This document shows, in pieces, positions 40,556 through 47,721 of a DNA stretch of 47,721 nucleotides. The translations under genes and the position numbers were made by a program. The DNA is from a virus (taxonomy: Duplodnaviria; Heunggongvirae; Uroviricota; Caudoviricetes). Below the pieces are notes generated by a model. It was not told the DNA's origin, made no database searches, and saw only the letters and a list, made by a program, of their open reading frames with translations. How positions within the stretch are numbered: the stretch's first letter is position 1; each line of letters begins with the position of its first letter. The stretch lies in the IMG/VR virus record IMGVR_UViG_2684622772_000013; one strand, written 5' to 3'.

Positions 40556-43500
40556 ATGGGTAAAGGCAGCAGTAAGGGGCATACCCCGCGCGAAGCGAAG
40601 GACAACCTGAAGTCCACGCAGCTGCTGAGTGTGATCGATGCCATCAGTGAAGGGCCGGTTGAAGGTCCGGTGGATGGATTAAAAAGCGTGCTGCTGAACA
40701 GTACGCCGGTGCTGGACAATGAGGGGAATACCAACATCTCCGGCGTCACGGTGGTGTTCCGGGCAGGTGAGCAGGAGCAGTCACCGCCGGAGGGGTTTGA
40801 ATCCTCCGGCTCCGAGACGGTGCTGGGTACGGAAGTGAAATATGACACGCCGATCACCCGGACCATCACGTCGGCAAACATCGACCGTCTGCGCTTTACC
40901 TTCGGTGTACAGGCACTGGTGGAAACCACCTCAAAGGGAGACAGGAATCCGTCGGAAGTCCGCCTGCTGGTTCAGATACAGCGTAACGGTGGCTGGGTGA
41001 CGGAAAAAGACATCACCATTAAGGGCAAAACCACCTCGCAGTATCTGGTCTCGGTGGTGGTGGATAACCTGCCTCCGCGCCCGTTCAGTATCCGGATGCG
41101 CAGGATGACACCGGACAGCACCACAGACCAGCTGCAGAACAAAACGCTCTGGTCGTCATACACCGAAATCATCGATGTGAAACAGTGCTACCCGAACACT
41201 GCACTGGTCGGCGTACAGGTGGACTCGGAGCAGTTCGGCAGCCAGCAGGTGAGTCGTAATTATCATCTTCGCGGGCGCATTCTGCAGGTGCCGTCGAACT
41301 ATAACCCGCAGACGCGACAATACAGCGGTATCTGGGACGGAACGTTAAAACCAGCATACAGCAACAACATGGCCTGGTGTCTGTGGGATATGCTGACCCA
41401 CCCGCGCTACGGCATGGGGAAACGTCTTGGTGCGGCGGATGTGGACAAATGGGCGCTGTATGTCATCGGCCAGTACTGCGACCAGTCAGTGCCGGACGGC
41501 TTTGGCGGCACGGAGCCGCGCATCACCTGTAATGCGTACCTGACCACACAGCGCAAGGCGTGGGATGTGCTCAGTGATTTCTGCTCGGCGATGCGCTGTA
41601 TGCCGGTATGGAACGGGCAGACGCTGACGTTCGTGCAGGACCGACCGTCGGATAAGGTGTGGACCTATAACCGCAGTAATGTGGTGATGCCGGATGATGG
41701 CGCGCCGTTCCGCTACAGCTTCAGCGCCCTGAAAGACCGCCATAATGCCGTTGAGGTGAACTGGATTGACCCGGATAACGGCTGGGAGACGGCGACAGAG
41801 CTTGTGGAGGATACGCAGGCCATTGCCCGTTACGGTCGTAACGTCACGAAGATGGATGCTTTTGGCTGTACCAGCCGGGGGCAGGCACACCGCGCCGGGC
41901 TGTGGCTGATTAAAACAGAACTGCTGGAAACGCAGACCGTGGACTTCAGCGTGGGCGCAGAAGGGCTTCGCCATGTGCCGGGCGATGTCATTGAAATCTG
42001 TGATGATGACTATGCGGGTATCAGCATCGGCGGGCGCGTGCTGGCGGTAAACAGCCAGACCCGGACGCTGACGCTCGACCGTGAAATCACGCTGCCATCC
42101 TCCGGTACCATGCTGATAAGCCTGGTTGACGGAAGTGGCAATCCGGTCAGCGTGGAGGTTCAGTCCGTCACCGACGGCGTGAAGGTGAAAGTGAGCCGTG
42201 TTCCTGACGGCGTTGCTGAATACAGCGTGTGGGGGCTGAAGCTGCCGACGTTGCGCCAGCGCCTGTTCCGCTGTGNNNNNNNNNNNNNNNNNNNNNNNNN
42301 NNNNNNNNNNNNNNNNNNNNNNNNNNNNNNNNNNNNNNNNNNNNNNNNNNNNNNNNNNNNNNNNNNNNNNNNNNNNNNNNNNNNNNNNNNNNNNNNNNNN
42401 NNNNNNNNNNNNNNNNNNNNNNNNNNNNNNNNNNNNNNNNNNNNNNNNNNNNNNNNNNNNNNNNNNNNNNNNNNNNNNNNNNNNNNNNNNNNNNNNNNNN
42501 NNNNNNNNNNNNNNNNNNNNNNNNNNNNNNNNNNNNNNNNNNNNNNNNNNNNNNNNNNNNNNNNNNNNNNNNNNNNNNNNNNNNNNNNNNNNNNNNNNNN
42601 NNNNNGCTGACAGTCCGGGCGGTAAATGCCTGGGGACAGCAGGGCGATCCGGCGTCGGTATCGTTCAGGATTGCCGCACCGGTAGCACCGTCGCGGATTG
42701 AGCTGACGCCGGGCTATTTTCAGATAACTGCCACGCCGCATCTTGCGGTTTATGATCCGACGGTACAGTTTGAGTTCTGGTTCTCGGAAACGCGGATTAC
42801 CGATATCAGGCAGGTTGAAACCACAGCCCGCTACCTTGGCGCGGGGCTGTACTGGATAGCCGCCAGTATCAATATCAAACCGGGCCATGATTATTACTTT
42901 TATATCCGCAGTGTGAACACCGTTGGCAAATCGGCATTCGTGGAGGCCGTCGGTCGGGCGAGCGATGATGCGGAAGGTTACCTGGATTTTTTCAAAGGCA
43001 AGATAACCGAATCCCATCTCGGTAAAGAGCTGCTGGAAAAAGTTGATCTGACGGAGGATAACGCCAGCAGACTGGATGAGTTTTCGAAAGAGTGGAAGGA
43101 CGCTAACGATAAATGGAATGCGATGTGGGGCGTCAAAATTGAGCAGACCAAAGACGGCAAACATTATGTCGCGGGTATTGGCCTCAGCATGGAGGACACG
43201 GAGGAAGGCAAGCTGAGCCAGTTTCTGGTTGCCGCCAATCGTATCGCGTTTATTGACCCGGCAAACGGGAATGAAACGCCGATGTTTGTGGCGCAGGGCA
43301 ACCAGATATTCATGAACGACGTGTTCCTGAAGCGCCTGACAGCCCCCGCCATTACCAGCGGTGGCAGTCCTCCGGTATTTTCCCTGACATCAGACGGAAA
43401 GCTGACCGCTAAAAATGCGGATATCAGTGGTAGTGTGAATGCGAACTCAGGAACGCTCAACAATGTCACGATTAACCAGAACTGTACGATTAAGGGCATG

Positions 43501-43953
43501 CTGGAGGCGACCCAGGTCAGAGGGGATTTCGTTAAAGCTGTATCAAAAGCCTTCCCGAAAAAAGTCGGTACGTGGGGTAACACGGAAACACCAGACGGTA
43601 CGGTTACAGTCACCATCAGCGATGATCATAACTTTGACCGCCAGATTATTATTCCGCCCATTATTTTTAACGGTATAGCGTATGACGATCCGGGGAGCGG
43701 AAATAACCCGGGAGGCACGCGATACACGGGTTATGGTTTTGAAGTTCGCAAAAACGGCGTATTAATCGCATCCAGAGAAACTAAAGGTGCCATTCCCGGT
43801 AGTTACAGTGCAGTTATTGATATGCCTAGTGGTGGTGGTAGCGTCACTCTGGAGTTTAAGATTTTCCAGAAAGGCAATCAGGGGGCAGGCAATATCACCG
43901 ACTGTACGGTGATTGTGACCAAAAAAGCGGCTTCCGGCATCAGTATTCGTTGA
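40556..43953 (+). CDS. J: Tail tip / host-specificity protein J (interrupted by gap 42276..42605)
   Basis: N-terminus [37 protein letters not shown] matches recalled lambda J; a J-like C-terminal region follows the gap; frame continuity across the gap cannot be checked. Confidence 0.85.
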
Positions 43954-43975
43954 AATATTTATAACCCCAATAAAT

Positions 43976-44000
43976 GGCGTCAGGAATGACGCCTTTTTTA
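43976..44000 (+). terminator. Intrinsic terminator after J
   Basis: GGCGTCA-GGAA-TGACGCC followed by TTTTTTATT. Confidence 0.65.
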
Positions 44001-44023
44001 TTGCAGAAAAGCGAGAGGTAATT

Positions 44024-44828
44024 ATGCGTAAAGTTTGTGCCGCCATTTTGTCCGCAGCCATTTGTCTGGCCGTATCCGGTGCGCCTGCATGGGCGTCTGA
44101 ACATCAGTCCACGCTGAGCGCGGGGTATCTTCATGCCCGGACCAACGTTCCCGGCAGTGATGATCTGAACGGGATTAACGTGAAATACCGTTATGAGTTT
44201 ACGGATACGCTGGGGCTGGTGACGTCATTCAGCTATGCAGGAGACAAGAATCGCCAGCTGACCCGTTACAGCGATACCCGCTGGCATGAAGATTCCGTGC
44301 GTAACCGCTGGTTCAGCGTGATGGCGGGGCCGTCTGTGCGCGTGAATGAATGGTTCAGCGCGTATGCGATGGCGGGTGTGGCTTACAGCCGTGTGTCGAC
44401 TTTTTCCGGGGATTATATCCGCGTAACTGACAATAAGGGGAAAACGCACGATGTGCTGACCGGAAGTGATGACGGTCGCCACAGCAACACNNNNNNNNNN
44501 NNNNNNNNNNNNNNNNNNNNNNNNNNNNNNNNNNNNNNNNNNNNNNNNNNNNNNNNNNNNNNNNNNNNNNNNNNNNNNNNNNNNNNNNNNNNNNNNNNNN
44601 NNNNNTTTCTCCGGGGATTATCTCCGCGTAACTGACAACAAGGGGAAAACGCACGACGTGCTGACCGGAAGTGATGACGGTCGCCACAGCAACACGTCTC
44701 TGGCGTGGGGAGCTGGCGTGCAGTTTAACCCGACCGAATCCGTGGCCATTGATATTGCTTATGAAGGCTCCGGCAGTGGCGACTGGCGCACTGACGGTTT
44801 CATCGTGGGTGTCGGTTATAAGTTCTGA
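44024..44828 (+). CDS. lom: Outer membrane protein Lom (Ail/Lom family), interrupted by gap 44491..44605
   Basis: Signal peptide MRKVCAAILSAAICLAVSGAPAWA and C-terminal ...GFIVGVGYKF beta-barrel terminus; the gap is flanked by a near-identical ~90-bp duplicate. Confidence 0.85.
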
Positions 44829-44854
44829 TTAGCCAGGTAACACAGTGTTATGAC

Positions 44855-44882
44855 AGCCCGCCGGTTCAGGCGGGCTTTTTTG
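44855..44882 (+). terminator. Intrinsic terminator after lom
   Basis: AGCCCGCC-GGTTCAG-GCGGGCT followed by TTTTTTG. Confidence 0.7.
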
Positions 44883-44886
44883 TGGG

Positions 44887-47721
44887 GTGAATATGGCAGT
44901 AAAGATTTCAGGTGTACTGAAAGACGGCACAGGAAAACCGGTACAGAACTGCACAATCCAGCTGAAAGCAAAACGTAACAGCACCACGGTGGTGGTGAAC
45001 ACGCTGGCCTCAGAAAATCCGGATGAAGCCGGGCGTTACAGCATGGACGTTGAGTACGGTCAGTACAGCGTTATTCTGTTGGTGGAAGGATTCCCGCCGT
45101 CACATGCCGGGACCATCACTGTGTATGAAGATTCCCGACCCGGTACGCTGAATGATTTTCTCGGTGCCATGACGGAGGATGATGCCCGTCCGGAGGCACT
45201 GCGCCGTTTTGAGCTGATGGTGGAAGAGGTGGCGCGTAACGCGTCCGCGGTGGCACAGAACACGGCAGCCGCGAAGAAGTCAGCCAGTGATGCCGGCACA
45301 TCTGCCCGTGAGGCGGCAACCCATGCGACTGATGCTGCAGGCTCAGCGCGTGCAGCCAGCACGTCAGCCGGACAGGCCGCGACTTCGGCTCAGGAGGCGT
45401 CTTCCAGCGCAGGAACGGCATCAACAAAGGCCACTGAAGCATCAAAAAGTGCTGCCGCTGCAGAGTCCTCAAAAAGCGCGGCGGCCACCAGTGCCGGTGC
45501 GGCGAAAACGTCAGAAACGAATGCTGCAGCGTCACAAAAATCAGCAGCCACTTCTGCATCCACTGCGACAACGAAAGCGTCAGAAGCCGCCACTTCAGCC
45601 AGAGATGCGGCGGCCTCCAAAGAGGCGGCAAAATCATCAGAAACGAACGCCTCCACAAGCGCCAGCAGTGCAGCCTCCTCGGCAACGGCGGCAGGAAATT
45701 CCGTGAAGGCGGCAAAAACGTCCGAGACGAATGCTAAGTCTTCTGAAACGGCAGCGGAACAGAGCGCCTCAGCTGCGGCAGACTCTGAGACAGCAGCTGC
45801 ATCATCGGCCCGTGAGGCGTCCATTAAGGCAGAGGAGGCAGCAGTCAGTGCCACCGCCGCCGGAAAATCGGCAGAAAGCGCCGCATCATCCGCTTCAACA
45901 GCCACAACGAAGGCTGGCGAAGCCACTGAACAGGCCAGCGCAGCAGCGAGGTCTGCTTCCGCAGCGAAGACATCCGAAACGAACGCGAAAGCGTCGGAAA
46001 CCAGCGCAGAATCCTCAAAAACGGCTGCCGCATCGTCCGCCAGTTCGGCGGCGTCATCGGCATCATCTGCGTCTGCTTCAAAAGATGAGGCGACCAGACA
46101 GGCGTCAGCAGCGAGGGGCAGCGCCACGACGGCATCCACGAAGGCGACAGAGGCTGCTGGCAGTGCGGCAGCGGCAGCACAGAGCAAAAGTACGGCGGAA
46201 TCCGCGGCAACGCGCGCCGAGACAGCAGCAAAACGGGCAGAGGATATTGCATCCGCCGTGGCGCTTGAGGATGCGAGCACGACGAAAAAGGGGATAGTAC
46301 AGCTCAGCAGTGCGACCAACAGCACTTCCGAGTCACAGGCGGCAACGCCAAAAGCCGTTAAGGCCGCGTATGACCTGGCTAACGGGAAATACACCGCACA
46401 GGACGCTACGACAGCACAAAAAGGAATTGTCCAGCTCAGTAGTGCAACCAACAGCACATCTGAAACGCTTGCTGCGACACCGAAAGCAGTGAAAGCAGCT
46501 AATGACAATGCGAATGGTCGGGTACCTTCTGCCCGTAAGGTGAATGGTAAGGCGCTTTCAGCGGATATAACACTGACGCCGAAAGATATTGGTACGCTTA
46601 ACTCAACAACAATGTCATTCAGCGGTGGTGCTGGTTGGTTCAAATTAGCAACGGTAACCATGCCACAGGCGAGTTCTGTTGTTTCAATTACGTTGATTGG
46701 TGGCGCTGGATTTAACGTGGGGTCACCTCAACAGGCAGGTATATCTGAACTTGTTTTACGTGCAGGTAATGGTAATCCGAAGGGGATTACTGGTGCTTTA
46801 TGGCAGCGCACATTGACAGGGTTTACAAATTTTGCCTGGGTTAATACATCTGGTGATACTTACGATATTTACGTTGCAATCGGAAATTATGCGACTGGTG
46901 TAAATATTCAATGGGATTATACCAGTAATGCCAGCGTGACGATTCATACGTCACCAGCATATTCTGCTAATAAGCCGGAAGGGTTAACGGACGGTACAGT
47001 TTATTCACTCTATACGCCATCAGAGCAGTTTTATCCGCCTGGCGCACCAATCCCGTGGCCATCAGATACCGTTCCGTCTGGCTATGCCCTGATGCAGGGG
47101 CAGGCTTTTGACAAATCTGCATACCCGAAACTTGCAGCGGCTTATCCGTCAGGCGTGATCCCTGATATGCGTGGCTGGACGATTAAGGGCAAACCTGCCA
47201 GTGGTCGGGCCGTATTGTCTCAGGAACAGGACGGCATTAAATCGCATACCCACAGCGCCAGCGCATCCAGTACGGATTTGGGGACGAAAACCACATCGTC
47301 GTTTGATTACGGCACTAAATCCACGAATAACACTGGTGCGCATACCCATAGTTTAAGTGGCAGCACGAATGCAGCTGGTAATCACAGCCATAGAGATGGC
47401 CGTCGATTTAACCCCAGTGTTTTTAAAGATACTTATCAATATGGTTATACAAGCTCAGGTCAAAATACCTGGGGTGTACAAGGCTCAGTAGGTATGTCTA
47501 CGGGGTGGTTAGCGAATACCAGTATAGATGGTAATCATAGCCATTCACTGTCCGGCACAGCAGCATCTGCAGGTGCACACGCGCATACTGTCGGTATTGG
47601 TGCTCATACGCACTCCGTTGCGATTGGTTCACATGGACACACCATCACCGTTAACGCTGCTGGTAACGCGGAAAACACCGTCAAAAACATCGCATTTAAC
47701 TATATTGTGAGGCTTGCATAA
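44887..47721 (+). CDS. stf: Side tail fibre protein (Stf-like)
   Basis: 944 aa; long Ala/Ser/Thr-rich repeat region; duplicated [15 protein letters not shown]...ATPKAVKAA segment; C-terminal HxH repeats (GAHTHS, GNHSHS, GAHAHT, GAHTHS, GSHGHT); stop at window end. Confidence 0.85.
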   Translation: MNMAVKISGVLKDGTGKPVQNCTIQLKAKRNSTTVVVNTLASENPDEAGRYSMDVEYGQYSVILLVEGFPPSHAGTITVYEDSRPGTLNDFLGAMTEDDARPEALRRFELMVEEVARNASAVAQNTAAAKKSASDAGTSAREAATHATDAAGSARAASTSAGQAATSAQEASSSAGTASTKATEASKSAAAAESSKSAAATSAGAAKTSETNAAASQKSAATSASTATTKASEAATSARDAAASKEAAKSSETNASTSASSAASSATAAGNSVKAAKTSETNAKSSETAAEQSASAAADSETAAASSAREASIKAEEAAVSATAAGKSAESAASSASTATTKAGEATEQASAAARSASAAKTSETNAKASETSAESSKTAAASSASSAASSASSASASKDEATRQASAARGSATTASTKATEAAGSAAAAAQSKSTAESAATRAETAAKRAEDIASAVALEDASTTKKGIVQLSSATNSTSESQAATPKAVKAAYDLANGKYTAQDATTAQKGIVQLSSATNSTSETLAATPKAVKAANDNANGRVPSARKVNGKALSADITLTPKDIGTLNSTTMSFSGGAGWFKLATVTMPQASSVVSITLIGGAGFNVGSPQQAGISELVLRAGNGNPKGITGALWQRTLTGFTNFAWVNTSGDTYDIYVAIGNYATGVNIQWDYTSNASVTIHTSPAYSANKPEGLTDGTVYSLYTPSEQFYPPGAPIPWPSDTVPSGYALMQGQAFDKSAYPKLAAAYPSGVIPDMRGWTIKGKPASGRAVLSQEQDGIKSHTHSASASSTDLGTKTTSSFDYGTKSTNNTGAHTHSLSGSTNAAGNHSHRDGRRFNPSVFKDTYQYGYTSSGQNTWGVQGSVGMSTGWLANTSIDGNHSHSLSGTAASAGAHAHTVGIGAHTHSVAIGSHGHTITVNAAGNAENTVKNIAFNYIVRLA
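45250..46520 (+). repeat. Low-complexity imperfect tandem repeats inside stf
   Basis: Recurrent units such as AAAACGTCAGAAACGAA (KTSETNA) and a ~130-bp duplicated block (46286-46387 vs 46418-46518); produce long spurious ORFs in other frames. Confidence 0.7.

Larger units (their letters stand above)
1..47721. mobile_element. Lambdoid (Rac-like) prophage, integrase end through side tail fibre; neither attachment site is visible in the window
   Basis: Contiguous phage gene order int-xis-recET-kil-sieB-repressor-replication-Q-lysis-terminase-head-tail-lom-stf; proteins match Rac/lambda/phage 21 families by recalled sequence. Confidence 0.93.

Noticed and set aside
42160-43164. 334-aa minus-strand ORF spanning the N-gap
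   Set aside because: Its length comes from N translated as X and it is antisense to the J gene.
45390-46661. 423-aa minus-strand ORF and several other long ORFs (45116..45715, 45731..46297, 45287..45706) overlapping stf
   Set aside because: They arise from the low-complexity GC-rich repeat region of the tail fibre gene, encode Ala/Arg/Pro-rich low-complexity protein, and are antisense or out of frame to a well-supported gene.
1-47721. CRISPR array or retron
   Set aside because: No regularly spaced direct repeats with unique spacers and no reverse-transcriptase YxDD motif were seen in any ORF.

Overview
This window is almost entirely a lambdoid prophage of the E. coli Rac type, read from the integrase end through the side tail fibre, with four runs of N (assembly gaps). 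The early region on the minus strand matches Rac closely: integrase, excisionase, ydaC, ralR, recT, recE (866 aa), racC, ydaE, kilR, then sieB, ydaF and ydaG. It is followed by an immunity region (cI-type repressor, Cro/YdaS-like and YdaT-like genes), a replication module (YdaU-like initiator with internal iteron-like repeats, DnaC-like YdaV), a nin-like region (DUF1367, DUF1364, Q antiterminator) and a phage-21-type lysis cassette (dual-start pinholin, SAR endolysin, Rz/Rz1). The late region has terminase, portal, Mu-F-like head protein, scaffold, capsid, lambda-like tail genes (G/GT frameshift, tape measure, M, L, K, I, J), lom and stf. Accessory cargo sits at three points. The most interesting is an AT-rich two-gene cassette at 11.8-13.9 kb with its own promoter, encoding a protein with a HEPN-like R-x4-H motif and a protein with a GNAT-like C-terminus; I propose it as a candidate, undescribed anti-phage or toxin module. 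Second is a tandem pair of lipoproteins between Q and the holin whose mature domains resemble TolA domain III. Third is trkG followed by a ParB-like protein coupled to a glycosyltransferase-like protein just upstream of the terminase. All calls rest on reading the sequence and recalled family signatures; no database search was run.
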